Of a DNA stretch of 64,000 nt, positions 46,501 through 57,093 are shown in pieces; the stretch's first letter is position 1; each line of letters opens with the position of its first letter. The notes beneath the pieces were generated by a model that did not search any database, had not been told where the DNA came from, and saw nothing but the letters and a program-made list of their open reading frames with translations. Source of the DNA: a virus; the IMG/VR virus record IMGVR_UViG_3300046318_000165, positions 26,752 through 90,751 of that record; one strand, 5' to 3'. Made by a program: the position numbers and the translations under genes.

Positions 46501-48985
46501 ACTGGAAACATCTGGTAATGCTGGAAGTATTTCAAGAGAAGCTGAAATAGTTGTTATGCAAGATTTAGAAGCAGCTAAGAAAGGTATAATTACAGGTATA
46601 AGAAAGAAAACAAAAACAAATTCTCCATCAATAGAAGCTGAAGAAGTTGGAAAAGATATCGGTCAAGGTTTTCTCGATGGTGGAAAAGAAAAAATTGATG
46701 ATGCTATACTAGTTGGAGAAAACTTAGCAGATTCAGTTGTACAGGGAGCTAGAAAACCAGGATCTAGACGTATAATTGTAGATCCAAATACTATGACAAC
46801 CCAAGCTGGAGCAAACATGGGGGGTAATGGTCGTGGAGGAAAGCGTAGATCAGGTCAAAGAGCAGGGCATTATGAAAATGGAAAATTCTATCCAGTAATG
46901 AACTATCAACCTGGAGATCAACCAGTACCAGGAATGTATGATCAACCACTTGGTCCAGCAGCACCAACAAGAAAACAAAAACTTCAAATGAAGGTGCAAG
47001 GATTTAAAAATAACCTAACAACTAAAGCAAAAAACTTAACTGGACTTAAGGTTGGTGGTGCATTAGGTGGTGCATCAATGGTTGCAGGAATGGCTGGCAT
47101 GGCAGGAGTACCAGGTATGGGTGAGCTATCAGGAGTACTAGGTGTAATGACTATGTTTAGTGGAACTATTGCAAAGGTTATTCCACATCTATTAAAGTTT
47201 ATACCTGGAATTGGATTAGCCGTAACTGCAATTAGTGCATTTGTTATTGTTTCAAATCTAATTAATGATGCTAAGAAAAAAGAATTGCAAGAAATTACTG
47301 CTTTGGGAAATGCAGCAACATTAACTAAAGATCAGCTAACAAATTTGGGAAATAAGTTTGGAATATCTGCAAGTGGCAACGCATTTGATTTAACCACTAG
47401 TGGTGCAACAACAAGTGTTGGAGCAAAACAGAGATCAGATTTAGAAATTTTAAAGAAAGATGAAACATTTCAAAATGATTTTAAACAAACTATTGAAACT
47501 TTAAAAACTTCTAATAATATGGATGCATCTGTAGTTCTTAAATCATTAGCTATTCAATTACAAGGTTCAGGATTTGCTAAAGAACAAATTGATACAATTG
47601 TTACTGCAATAAAAGAAGAAGCTAAAAAAACAGACCTAGTTATTGATCTTAATAAAATTGATATAAATACAAAATCAGGACAAACATCACTACAGAAAAC
47701 AGCAAAAGGTCTAGTTAATCAATTAAATAAAGCTGTTAATACTAAGGGTGCAATAACCACAGAACAAATTCGAGGTCAAGGGACAGGAGTAGTAAAGGTA
47801 ATAGGAAAAGATGTATTTTCAAAAGATTTAGAAGAAAAAATTGATAAAGTATCTAAAACAACAGTAGTAAACTTGGGATACATTACAACTGGTCTTCAAA
47901 ATGGTCAGATAAGTTCAAAAGCTTATAAAAAATCAATAGATGGACTGAGATCTTCAATTTTATCTTTAGGTGAAAATAGCAAAACAACTCAAATACTAAT
48001 GGCAGGAATGATTAAAAATAGTGGAATGGGTAAGGCTGCACAAGATTTAGCTAATTCAATTAAAGATGCATCCACACAATTACTTGTTCTTCAGGGATAT
48101 GCATTAGGATTACAGAATTTTCAATTTGTCGCTAATGCACAAGCAGTTTTAGATGATCCAAAAGCTACTGCAGATGCAAAAGAAAGAGCAACAGAAGCCA
48201 TTGACAAATATGATAGAGCCATAAAAAGAAAAATCGCTCAAAATGCAAAAAATGCACAAGACGAAGCAAATACTTTAATGGATACCCCAAGTGCATCTGA
48301 CCTTACAGCACAAGAAGATGCTAGAATTAAAGCACTTGAAGCAAAGCTAAAAGCATTAAATAAAGAAAGAGATGCATTAAAAGAAATAAATGCTGAACTA
48401 AAGAGACAACAAGATTTTGAGTTAGCACAACAACAGCGTTACATGGACATGAAGACAGCATATATCTCAGGAGACTATCTCAAAGCAGGAATTTTAAGAC
48501 AAGAATCTGTTTATGCTAAAGCACAATTTGACAAAGAAACAGCAGATATAAAAGCAGAAAAGAAAATTTCTTTACTTGAAAACAGAATATCTGAAATAGA
48601 GGGCGGAGCAAGACCCACAGCTGGAGAAATAAAAAAGTCAAAGAGGATGGCAACTGGAGGACTCATTAAGGGTCCAGGAACTGGCACTAGCGATTCAATT
48701 CTAGGAACATTAAAATTTGCTGCTGGAGGAATAGCACCAATTAGGGTTTCTAATGGAGAATTTATAACTCGTGCAGCATCAGTTGCCAAGTATGGTGTTG
48801 ACTTTATGAATTCAGTTAACAATGGTTCTTACAATACAGAAACATCAGGCAGCAGTTCAGTGTATAATGTTAGTATGACAATTAATGGTGCAGGACAAAA
48901 TGCTGATGAAATTGCTAATAAAGTTATATCTAAACTTAATAATCTTGCTATGAAGAATAATAAGAGTAACAGGGTGATTGTCTAA
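43544..48985 (+). CDS. tape measure protein
   Basis: 1813 aa, Ala/Gly-rich helical; TP901-type core; two ATGG..GPG.GTSDSI...SNGEFI motifs. Confidence 0.92.
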   Translation: MADANAEIKVNIDTSNALSSLKLLQAQISAFQQQMARSGAQAARTASDMQQNLVNNINATGQFSATLKNIQTDTEAFTTSLEKNKLSLGQYFKYAGGASKSFGKMFRTEFDTIQKVAVERVKDLQTQYIQLGRDANGAMRSIAVRPLALDMENLGTKTQIAAQKQQLLNQLLKQGSTNLLNFGKNTQWAGRQLMVGFTIPLAMLGTTAAKTFMDMEEQVIKFKRVYGDLGTTIEETNRMSKEIQNLATQFTQYGVAVKDTMALAAQAAASGKMGADLTAQVTEATRLAVLGQVDQQQALETTISLTNAFGVSADKLKGKINFLNTVENQTVTSIEDLTIAIPKAGPVVEQLGGNVEDLTFFLTAMKEGGINASEGANALKSGLAAIINPTGKASEMLAGFGINIKGLVDSNKGDVKGLIMGLATALNKLDPTDRARAIEQMFGKFQFARISTLFKNVVAEGSQATRVLELTKSSSMQLAALASQELDKVSQSPMFKFKKAVEDIKTSLMPVGEEFLKLATPVIEFGTKVLDAFNKLDSGTKQFMTGLIAVVAGIGPVLLMTFGLIANGVANVIKGFAFIKNVFNRAGTASTVLGEQVSYMTQEQLNAAAVASSLKQSHTNLTQAFNVEAGALANLRVQYERTTAAQMAFSGTNNIPRPGTRRFATGGMVRGPGNGTSDSIPAMVSNGEFIVSAKRTKQYLPLLQNIASGKVPGFASPEGGSLIGSMSTNGIKASQATIFSIKKIIEAISSGAIKINKSEEVLAKTMQDLGDGTRTTMQRFFQRLAVNADEIAGQSVANQVNTYHQKTLGKSGKAIRYSASGVGTIEQQLGDAGRLDELARARARLEAESALGLPGQIQIDRAHRVDVGKSGKLFKQGWTSEAWNPQTHSENAISNALSGDNRVTGFFEMYSKNLKKMLDEGLVTQEEYDSIMHKAKNNLALSERELLTQSKVLKEITKTEQEFLAKNKALSYNIQRARAGASISGGLETSGNAGSISREAEIVVMQDLEAAKKGIITGIRKKTKTNSPSIEAEEVGKDIGQGFLDGGKEKIDDAILVGENLADSVVQGARKPGSRRIIVDPNTMTTQAGANMGGNGRGGKRRSGQRAGHYENGKFYPVMNYQPGDQPVPGMYDQPLGPAAPTRKQKLQMKVQGFKNNLTTKAKNLTGLKVGGALGGASMVAGMAGMAGVPGMGELSGVLGVMTMFSGTIAKVIPHLLKFIPGIGLAVTAISAFVIVSNLINDAKKKELQEITALGNAATLTKDQLTNLGNKFGISASGNAFDLTTSGATTSVGAKQRSDLEILKKDETFQNDFKQTIETLKTSNNMDASVVLKSLAIQLQGSGFAKEQIDTIVTAIKEEAKKTDLVIDLNKIDINTKSGQTSLQKTAKGLVNQLNKAVNTKGAITTEQIRGQGTGVVKVIGKDVFSKDLEEKIDKVSKTTVVNLGYITTGLQNGQISSKAYKKSIDGLRSSILSLGENSKTTQILMAGMIKNSGMGKAAQDLANSIKDASTQLLVLQGYALGLQNFQFVANAQAVLDDPKATADAKERATEAIDKYDRAIKRKIAQNAKNAQDEANTLMDTPSASDLTAQEDARIKALEAKLKALNKERDALKEINAELKRQQDFELAQQQRYMDMKTAYISGDYLKAGILRQESVYAKAQFDKETADIKAEKKISLLENRISEIEGGARPTAGEIKKSKRMATGGLIKGPGTGTSDSILGTLKFAAGGIAPIRVSNGEFITRAASVAKYGVDFMNSVNNGSYNTETSGSSSVYNVSMTINGAGQNADEIANKVISKLNNLAMKNNKSNRVIV

Positions 48986-49457
48986 TATGTCATATACAAT
49001 CCAAGCAGGTATTCATATATCACTAGACAATAGCACATGGTATAAAATAACTGATCACAATAGATCACCAATTTCAATAAAACCAAGTCTAATTGAAAAG
49101 GTAGATAGAATGGCAAACGGTACAATGAGAAAATATGTAGTATCAAAAAAGGATACAGTATCAGCATCATGGACAATGTTACCTTCAAAAAGCTCACTAA
49201 CTGTAGACAAGAATAAGTCTTCTGCCTGGCTAGAAGCATTTTATTATGCAAATGCAGGTTTACCAGTTTATATAAAAGTAATAGAAGCAAAAGAAACTGT
49301 TCCAACTATTAATACCGCACCCACAGAACTTTCTGTTACTTCTGTAACTACTTCAAAAACTTATTATGCTTTTATTACAAACTTTTCTAAAACAATTAAA
49401 TATAGAAATACCATTGCAGACTTTGTTGATATGGAAATAGAATTTACGGAGATATAA
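48978..49457 (+). CDS. distal tail protein-like
   Basis: position after TMP; RMANGTMRKY. Confidence 0.65.
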   Translation: MSNMSYTIQAGIHISLDNSTWYKITDHNRSPISIKPSLIEKVDRMANGTMRKYVVSKKDTVSASWTMLPSKSSLTVDKNKSSAWLEAFYYANAGLPVYIKVIEAKETVPTINTAPTELSVTSVTTSKTYYAFITNFSKTIKYRNTIADFVDMEIEFTEI

Positions 49458-49458
49458 A

Positions 49459-52400
49459 ATGTTAGATACAGTTAGCTCAGATGTTTTTTCAAATTCAAAT
49501 TATATTGGAATGACACCAGTAGTTTCAGCAGAATGGAACAATAACCTTTATAATGCACCATACGTAACCATGTCTGGTGATGGAAGTTTTGATCCTACCA
49601 AACTTGTTGTTCAAACTGGAACTGGTTTAACTACCCCATCATCAGTACTATCTACAAGTGATTATGCTAAGGAAAACTTTACAACAAAAAGTTTTGCAAT
49701 TCCAGCAGGTAGCGATACAACGCCATCAACTGTAAAATACAAATATACTGATGCATTTACTTCAGCTACATCATATTCATATAAAGTAGTTTTTTATGCT
49801 AAAACAGATAGTCTTTTTCCAGTAACTGTAAATTCAAATATTGACATCATTGACGGAACAGCGGTAATTTCATCTGCAGGAAGCTCAGAAGTTATCGATT
49901 CTCTTACATGGACAAAGTTTGAACTTTTGTTTAACTGGCACTCACACCGCAACACAGGAAGCTTTGATATTTATATATCAGCCTTCAATAATGTTTCTTA
50001 TTCAACTAGCTCTAATGTATACATAACTTTGCCAGAAGTGTATGAGATCTCAGCATTTGATTATGAGTATGGATCATTGTGGTCAACCTATAGTCCATTT
50101 AGTTTTTTCAGACCAGGGGAGTCATACGTAACAACTGGAAATGCTGATGTCGCTTATCCTACAAACTTTAGAAGAGTAACTAATGGATTAAAGAGTGGAC
50201 AGACATACCAGGATATGCCAGTAAGTCCATTACTATATAATCCAAACTTCTTTTTAGCATCACCACCAGTTGGAATTTTTAAATCTGGTGTTGCAAATGA
50301 CATATATCCATACCAATATTTTGTATCATCACTACAGACAACAAAAAGAAAACTAACAGCTAAGTATGAAAGAAGTGTTTATTCAAATAAAATTGTTTTA
50401 AAGTTTAACACAATTATGTCAGTTCCAACAGTTACTGTAAAATTAGACGGAACAAGTATTGGATCATTTGTGCCAGAAACAAACGGAACACTTGTATTAT
50501 ACTATAATGGATCAACCTGGAGCAAAACTAGATGGGATTATTCATCTATGCCAAAGTTTACATCATCAGGATCTATATCACCATCATATGCAACATTTAC
50601 AAAAATAACATTAGAGCAAGTGCTTGCATCAACGACCATAAATTCAGAGTTTTCTGATTCTAAATATACATCCTTGGCAGATGAATTTAAAAGATTCCAG
50701 ATAATTGAAGTATCTCCTAGACTAGAGTTAGATGTATCTTCATTGGTAAAATCTATAAGTATTAGAAAGTCTTTAGATAGTCAAAATACATATATGCCAA
50801 TATCATCAATTAACTCTAACGATGCAAATATAGTTTTATCATCAATACCATTTACATCTTCTTCTGGAGATCCTATTCCAATATTTTCTAATGAAAGCAA
50901 CATTACAAATAATATCTTAAAGAATATGTTAAGAAAAAATGTTAAGTTTTATATTAACTATTTACTTTCCGAATATAAGGGTGACTCTTTTTCAACGACA
51001 GACTACCACGTTCCTGGCGGAATTTTTTATTCAGAAAGCTGGAATGAAGAAGATGCCAATGCTGTTAACATTCAGTCATATGATATATCCAGATACTTAC
51101 AGACAACTCCTGTGCCAGATTATGTTGTAAAAAATAAAACAGTATTTGAAATAATTACAAATATCCTTGACCTTGCTGGATTTACAGATTATGATTATGA
51201 TTCATTATATAATATTTGTAATGATCCATCAGTGCCATTAGATGTAGCGTACTATTACTGTAACTCACAAGATTCAACTATTATAAATAGCTTGTCAGAA
51301 CTATTTCTTGCCTATCAAATTGGAGCATATATTGACGAGTATGGAGTTATGAAGTTTTTAAGCCTAAACAAAATTCTTACAAACACCACAAGTGATATTT
51401 CTATTACAGATTCAAATATTCTTGAAGGCGGATATTCTTTTGAGTCAGGTGCTAAACCAGGAAAAATTTCACTAAGATACCAGCCACCAAAAATAAAGCA
51501 ATCTTTATCACTTCAGAATGCAAAAAACTTTGGAGCATCTATTTCGCCATCATTTATTTATACAACATCCAACGATGTTGTTTGGTCACAACAAAATCTA
51601 GATTCAGTTGGATTTAATTATTTAAATTCTAATTTTTTGAAAACAGATAAAAGATTTGATTTAAAAATAAATGACCTATTAGATATTTTTCACACATATT
51701 CATTAAATAATGATGGATATGCAATTATTGAAAATGAAATAGTTTCATTTTTAAATAAAGAATATACCCTTACAACTGAAGGTACAGGATCAACAGAAAC
51801 AGTATCTGTAAAAAGTGATATAGAACTTGGCTCAGAAATAAATAGGTTTATTAAAAAATATGTTGTAGGATTTAGATCAGTATCTGCAACAGTAAGTTCG
51901 GTAACTGTGGCAAGTGGTCTTGCAACCTATACTTATACTGCAACCAATAGATTTAGGGTCGGAGACAAGGTTACAATTTCTGGAGTATCTCCATCAACAT
52001 ACAATTTATCAGCATCAGTAGAGCAGGTATCCGCTGTTGGCGTAACACCAAAAACATTTACAATAAAAAGAGCATTTCTAGCCGATGTGTCAGCAACATC
52101 AATTTCTGGATCTGCAATAGCAAACTCTGGCTATGACATTACAATAGAACCAACTGGTAAAATTACAAATGTTCAAAGAGGAATGTTTAATACTAAGGTT
52201 ACAGATCATAAAATATTAACAACCCTATCGGACAAAAGTTTAACATCAGCTGCCATAGGTTCTGGAGGAACTGTATCAATATCCAATAACAAAGTAAGAC
52301 TTTCGGGTGCTGGAAATACTGGAAAAATATTTGTTTTCCCAACAACAGATACTGATTATGGAAACAGTACAGATTCAATAACTGGAAAGTATTTGGGGTA

Positions 52401-54057
52401 TCAAACATACTTAACAAAGTTTACTTTAAATGATATATCATATGGTGCAGCAGCAACTGGATTAGTTTTTAATGCTTCATCAGGAACATATAACAAGGCA
52501 TATTTTGTTGAAATGATAAAAGCATTTAAAGAAATAGATACATATGAATACTTTATGGCAGTTTACTATTATAACTCTAGCGGTACAAAAGTAGTTGTAG
52601 GATATTCTAATATTACTTCAACAGTTAATTCAATAATTAAAAATTTCCCAAAGGTGTTGAAAAAAACACAATATGTTCCAGTAGCTTATGGACAAGATAA
52701 TACCACCATAACAACACCTTTTGTTTTAAGAGTTGCTCATTATTCTGAAGAAACATCACTTGGAAACCTGTCAAATTCATCAGATAGGGTTCTTAGAGTA
52801 TTTTTAAATAATGTTGAAATAACTGGTTGGCAAATTCCAATAACAAGTTTATCTGCAACAATAACTACTGCTACAGGAGGTAGCTTTACCCCTTCAACCA
52901 TAACTTACAATGCTACTAACTCTTTTACAGTAGGAGATTTTGTTTCTATATCTGGAGTAACTCCAAATGAATATAACATATCTGGAACAATTGCATCAAG
53001 AACATCGTCATACTTTACTATTAATAGTTACGTTCCTACTCTAAGTAGTGGAACTGGAGGAACTGCAAAAATAGTAAACGTTGTATCTGGAACTGATTAT
53101 GTTACTATTGGCACTAATACTATAACTGGATTTACAAAACATCTATCAATACCAACATCAACAAATCCATTAGTTAGTCCAGCTGGTGCTTATGGCACTG
53201 CAAGTAAATTTGGATTCTATGCAAGTTCAGCACCTGGAATAACTACTGGATATGAAAATTCATCTTCAGGAATTATTGCAGATGTTTCAGAACTTTATGC
53301 TACCCAAACACCATTAAAACAGCATTCATCTAATTATTTTTATCAAGATAAAAAATTCTTGAATAGTGTAATTCAAGGACAAAGCAATACTGAGCTAACA
53401 TACTCTATGCAAACTAAGCCAGAGGTAATTGGTATTAATTATTATGATGTTCAGTATACAACCCCTGCAGCTGTGAGCGTTGATGTTCTTCCAATAGAAT
53501 ACTTGTGGTATTATTTTCCTAGTGCTGAAATAGAGGATCAAAAATGGTATCAAACACAAATGGTAGACGAACACTCTCTTGCCTATTCAACTCCAATTAA
53601 TACTGGATTTAAAGCAAGAATGCTGGTAGTAAATAATTCGCCACACATGGTTTATCTAAACAAAGATTCTGATGAATTAAACCAATTCACCATTAGATTT
53701 AATCTATGGACACATGAAATTATTGCACAATCAGATCAAGAAAGCATCGATAAAATTGTTGATGATGCTAACAGTTCTGAAGTTGCACAAATAGATTCAG
53801 AATGGATTCAATCAAGACAGGCAGCAAATAAAATACTAGCATCAATAAATGCTGGACTAGAAGGACTTTCAAAAACAACAAGTCTTAGAATATATGGAAA
53901 TCCATTAATTCAAGTCGGAGATGTTGTGACTCTGACATATCCATTAAGTGGAATTAATCAGCAAAAGTATTTTGTGCATTCTATTAATCAATCATTTAGT
54001 AATGGTCTAAGCACAGACCTTGTTCTTAAAACACTTAAAAGTGGGGTGGCTTATTAA
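49459..54057 (+). CDS. large minor tail / baseplate hub protein
   Basis: 1532 aa; YIDEYGVMKF; C-terminal GNPLIQVGDVVT. Confidence 0.75.
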   Translation: MLDTVSSDVFSNSNYIGMTPVVSAEWNNNLYNAPYVTMSGDGSFDPTKLVVQTGTGLTTPSSVLSTSDYAKENFTTKSFAIPAGSDTTPSTVKYKYTDAFTSATSYSYKVVFYAKTDSLFPVTVNSNIDIIDGTAVISSAGSSEVIDSLTWTKFELLFNWHSHRNTGSFDIYISAFNNVSYSTSSNVYITLPEVYEISAFDYEYGSLWSTYSPFSFFRPGESYVTTGNADVAYPTNFRRVTNGLKSGQTYQDMPVSPLLYNPNFFLASPPVGIFKSGVANDIYPYQYFVSSLQTTKRKLTAKYERSVYSNKIVLKFNTIMSVPTVTVKLDGTSIGSFVPETNGTLVLYYNGSTWSKTRWDYSSMPKFTSSGSISPSYATFTKITLEQVLASTTINSEFSDSKYTSLADEFKRFQIIEVSPRLELDVSSLVKSISIRKSLDSQNTYMPISSINSNDANIVLSSIPFTSSSGDPIPIFSNESNITNNILKNMLRKNVKFYINYLLSEYKGDSFSTTDYHVPGGIFYSESWNEEDANAVNIQSYDISRYLQTTPVPDYVVKNKTVFEIITNILDLAGFTDYDYDSLYNICNDPSVPLDVAYYYCNSQDSTIINSLSELFLAYQIGAYIDEYGVMKFLSLNKILTNTTSDISITDSNILEGGYSFESGAKPGKISLRYQPPKIKQSLSLQNAKNFGASISPSFIYTTSNDVVWSQQNLDSVGFNYLNSNFLKTDKRFDLKINDLLDIFHTYSLNNDGYAIIENEIVSFLNKEYTLTTEGTGSTETVSVKSDIELGSEINRFIKKYVVGFRSVSATVSSVTVASGLATYTYTATNRFRVGDKVTISGVSPSTYNLSASVEQVSAVGVTPKTFTIKRAFLADVSATSISGSAIANSGYDITIEPTGKITNVQRGMFNTKVTDHKILTTLSDKSLTSAAIGSGGTVSISNNKVRLSGAGNTGKIFVFPTTDTDYGNSTDSITGKYLGYQTYLTKFTLNDISYGAAATGLVFNASSGTYNKAYFVEMIKAFKEIDTYEYFMAVYYYNSSGTKVVVGYSNITSTVNSIIKNFPKVLKKTQYVPVAYGQDNTTITTPFVLRVAHYSEETSLGNLSNSSDRVLRVFLNNVEITGWQIPITSLSATITTATGGSFTPSTITYNATNSFTVGDFVSISGVTPNEYNISGTIASRTSSYFTINSYVPTLSSGTGGTAKIVNVVSGTDYVTIGTNTITGFTKHLSIPTSTNPLVSPAGAYGTASKFGFYASSAPGITTGYENSSSGIIADVSELYATQTPLKQHSSNYFYQDKKFLNSVIQGQSNTELTYSMQTKPEVIGINYYDVQYTTPAAVSVDVLPIEYLWYYFPSAEIEDQKWYQTQMVDEHSLAYSTPINTGFKARMLVVNNSPHMVYLNKDSDELNQFTIRFNLWTHEIIAQSDQESIDKIVDDANSSEVAQIDSEWIQSRQAANKILASINAGLEGLSKTTSLRIYGNPLIQVGDVVTLTYPLSGINQQKYFVHSINQSFSNGLSTDLVLKTLKSGVAY

Positions 54058-54212
54058 TGTCAAAATATAAATCTGGTTATTCAGTTGCACAAAGAAAACC
54101 AATTATTATAAATTCAGAAGATCCAAGGTATAAAAAACTAGAAAAATACAAGGGAAGAGTTGGATCAAAAGTGATTGTAGACTACAGCAAAAACAAACCA
54201 TTATCATTATAA
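54057..54212 (+). CDS. 51-aa mini-protein (MSxYxS...DPR family)
   Basis: manual translation MSKYKSGYSVAQRKPIIINSEDPRYKKLEKYKGRVGSKVIVDYSKNKPLSL; TAATG coupling. Confidence 0.6.
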   Translation: MSKYKSGYSVAQRKPIIINSEDPRYKKLEKYKGRVGSKVIVDYSKNKPLSL

Positions 54213-54265
54213 ACTAGTGCACAAAAATGATTTATAAGGTATAATGGTTTAGAAGGAGATTTTTT

Positions 54266-54745
54266 ATGCCATATGTACAAATATCAGACCCAAACATTAT
54301 TGACCTAGCTGCGTGGCATCAGGTTATTAACGTAGTTAATCAGCACAGTGATAGCATTTCATCACTAACTAATAACTTCGGTCTATCATATTCTACAACA
54401 CCAGATGCCAATGGGAACTGGTCTACACCGTTTGATTTTGGTTCTCAGCAAATAATTTTTGGAAAGCATTTAATTTCTGGAACAGCAGCATTAATTGATG
54501 GATCTGGAACAGGATATGTTCTAACAGAAGCAACACCAATAGACTTTCCAGTTGCCTTTTCTACTGCACCAGCCATCTTTACAACTGTTATTGCTGACAC
54601 AGGATCTACTGGTGGAAAGAGCCGCCTACTTGGTGTATCATCAGTAGATGATGTTACTGTAAGTAGCTTTACAATGTCTGTATCTAATCCATTAAACTCT
54701 TTTACAAATGTTTCTGTTTATTGGGTAGCATTTGGTCCTAAATAA
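54266..54745 (+). CDS. minor tail protein with H-type-lectin/gp53-like C-terminus
   Basis: IDFPVAFSTAP...VYWVAFG. Confidence 0.65.
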   Translation: MPYVQISDPNIIDLAAWHQVINVVNQHSDSISSLTNNFGLSYSTTPDANGNWSTPFDFGSQQIIFGKHLISGTAALIDGSGTGYVLTEATPIDFPVAFSTAPAIFTTVIADTGSTGGKSRLLGVSSVDDVTVSSFTMSVSNPLNSFTNVSVYWVAFGPK

Positions 54746-54750
54746 AAACA

Positions 54751-56334
54751 ATGTCTAAGTATAGATCACCATTTTCTGTTTCTAGGAGACAGACAGTTTT
54801 TGTTAATGAGAATGATCCACGTGCAAAGAATATAGGACAAACTCGTTCAAGACTTGGTGCTGATATAATTGTAAAACCCACAGGAAAAGTAATTCCAGAA
54901 GTCTATGGTCCACAAGATGAATACTTTTTTGGAACATTCGCTACTTCTCAAACATACTACTCAACAAATCAAATTTTACCAAAAGATGCAAAAGTAGATA
55001 ATAAGGGATATATATACACAATATCTTCACAAGCTATTACAGGTGCAACTAATGCATATTTAAATAAATATGATCAAAAAGGAAATATAATTTGGTCAAG
55101 AACAATACCACTGCTAGGAGCTTCAACTAGCGATCTAGCTGTTCCATATAACTGTTTAAAAATAGATGACAACTATATATATGTTGTTTTAAATAATCAA
55201 ACAACAGATTTATACTCACAATATATTTTATTAAAATTTGATACAGACGGACTTCTTAAATGGTCTAAAAAAGAAACTTATCAATCAACTGTGGGAACAA
55301 AAAAGTTTACTTCAATAAATGATATAGAAGTGGCAACTGATGGATCAATATATATAGTTGGAAGGTATGGAAGAAATACTACATCATTGCTAGAGAGTAC
55401 CAACATGAGTACATTAATTATTAAATATAATAGCTCTGGAACCATTGTTTGGCAAAAAGCGTTTACAGGTCTTACTCAAAGTTTAGGATTTTATGGAACA
55501 TCTGGAACTGGAAATGCAGGTAAAAATATAGCAATAGATCAATCTGGATACATATATATAACTTCTGCAAGACCTTTTAACGTAGGTGGAACAACATTTT
55601 ATACAATAGTTCTTACAAAGCTTGATTCGTCTGGAACGGTAATTTGGCAAAAACAAATCTCAGGTGGTTTTATTCAAAGCTCAGCTAATTCAAGATTAAT
55701 AGAATTTGATAGTAGTGGAAATCTATATATTCTTGGAAACTATTCAACTGGATTTAATGGATCAATGCTAACAAAAATAAATAGCTCTTCAGCACTTGTA
55801 TGGACACAAGGTTTTACTTTTACAATATCAGCAACATTAAGTTCTTTTGCAGCTGGGCTTCAAATAGCTAAAGATGGTTCAATATATGTTACACCAACAT
55901 CTGCTGGAATAGTAACAAAACTAAGTTCAAGTGGAACAATTTTAAATTCAGTAGCTATACAAGATACAGCTACAAACCATACAATATCTACTGCAGGAAT
56001 GAGCATAGGTATAGAAAATAAGTTAGTATCAATAGGACGAAATTTATCAGACTCTTCATCAGACTACTCATTATCAGTAGCATTGCTGCCAATTGATAGT
56101 ACACTTTCAAGTACCTATAATGTTCCAAAAAACAAATATGCAACATCAGTAAAACAAATGACAGTGGTAACAGATACAGCAGTAACATTAACAGATAGAA
56201 GTGGTGGTATGACAATCACAACTGGAAGCTACCTTACCATTGGAACTCCAACAGTTTTAATAGTAGATGAAAATGCAGCACTTAATATCAAAACAACACA
56301 ATATAATGCATGGACAAAAATTGGTTTCTATTAA
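54751..56334 (+). CDS. beta-propeller virion protein
   Basis: repeated (D)..G.IY...K(Y/L)(D/N)SSG..(I/V)WQK blades. Confidence 0.7.
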   Translation: MSKYRSPFSVSRRQTVFVNENDPRAKNIGQTRSRLGADIIVKPTGKVIPEVYGPQDEYFFGTFATSQTYYSTNQILPKDAKVDNKGYIYTISSQAITGATNAYLNKYDQKGNIIWSRTIPLLGASTSDLAVPYNCLKIDDNYIYVVLNNQTTDLYSQYILLKFDTDGLLKWSKKETYQSTVGTKKFTSINDIEVATDGSIYIVGRYGRNTTSLLESTNMSTLIIKYNSSGTIVWQKAFTGLTQSLGFYGTSGTGNAGKNIAIDQSGYIYITSARPFNVGGTTFYTIVLTKLDSSGTVIWQKQISGGFIQSSANSRLIEFDSSGNLYILGNYSTGFNGSMLTKINSSSALVWTQGFTFTISATLSSFAAGLQIAKDGSIYVTPTSAGIVTKLSSSGTILNSVAIQDTATNHTISTAGMSIGIENKLVSIGRNLSDSSSDYSLSVALLPIDSTLSSTYNVPKNKYATSVKQMTVVTDTAVTLTDRSGGMTITTGSYLTIGTPTVLIVDENAALNIKTTQYNAWTKIGFY

Positions 56335-56351
56335 TGTGATAAAATTATAAT

Positions 56352-56543
56352 ATGTCAGAATATAAATCACCCTGGTCAGTAGCACAACAACATCCAATTG
56401 CTATAGATGAAAATGACCCAAGAATAAATACTGATGCTAGTTATGGAAAAACTGCTGCTAGAATAGGAAGAGATATTGAAATAATCACTCAAAATAAAAG
56501 TGCTCCAATAACTCTTGCTCCATACGTTCCACCAGAAGCTTAG
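56352..56543 (+). CDS. 63-aa mini-protein (MSxYxS...DPR family)
   Basis: homologous to the N-terminus of 54751; leaderless. Confidence 0.6.
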   Translation: MSEYKSPWSVAQQHPIAIDENDPRINTDASYGKTAARIGRDIEIITQNKSAPITLAPYVPPEA

Positions 56544-56553
56544 GGAGATTATT

Positions 56554-57093
56554 ATGCATCATAAACAAAGTATTGAAAAAGAAGAGTATAACCAAAAACC
56601 AGTAATCAAAGCCAATAAGAATGTATGGTTTTTAAATGGTGATCTTGTTAGATCACATCACATCAATAGGTCAAATGGTATTATGTCTGTTTATAATATT
56701 ACCAAAGATCAAATTGAAAGTTGTTTGATTAGTGACTTTAAAAAGAATCGTCAACGTGCATACACCGTTGGACAAGCAGCGGATCTTGTAAACAGACACA
56801 AAAAGTATATGCCACAACTTATGAAACGTGGAGTAATACCGTTTCCTATGGGGGCACAAAAAGGTGGAGCAACAGGCTGGCAAGTAAGAAGTTATTATTC
56901 AGAATCGCAGATTCGTGAAATTCGTGATATACTAGCATCCTACCATATTGGTCAACCAAGAAAAGACGGACTTATTACTAATAATATGACTCCTTCAAAA
57001 CAAGAACTTAATAGGAGAATGGGGGATGGAATTTTAACATATACTAGAACTGAAGATGGTAGGTTTATCCCCGTGTGGAGCGAGACTCTGTAA
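56554..57093 (+). CDS. MerR-like HTH DNA-binding protein
   Basis: AYTVGQAADLVNRH...GVIP.P...RSYYSESQI. Confidence 0.7.
   Translation: MHHKQSIEKEEYNQKPVIKANKNVWFLNGDLVRSHHINRSNGIMSVYNITKDQIESCLISDFKKNRQRAYTVGQAADLVNRHKKYMPQLMKRGVIPFPMGAQKGGATGWQVRSYYSESQIREIRDILASYHIGQPRKDGLITNNMTPSKQELNRRMGDGILTYTRTEDGRFIPVWSETL

Noticed and set aside
24560-48822. Long antisense or alternate-frame ORFs (e.g. 24560, 26681, 31131, 36715, 44416)
   Set aside because: Shadows of biased codon usage in Gly/Thr/Ala-rich genes; no RBS or promoter support.
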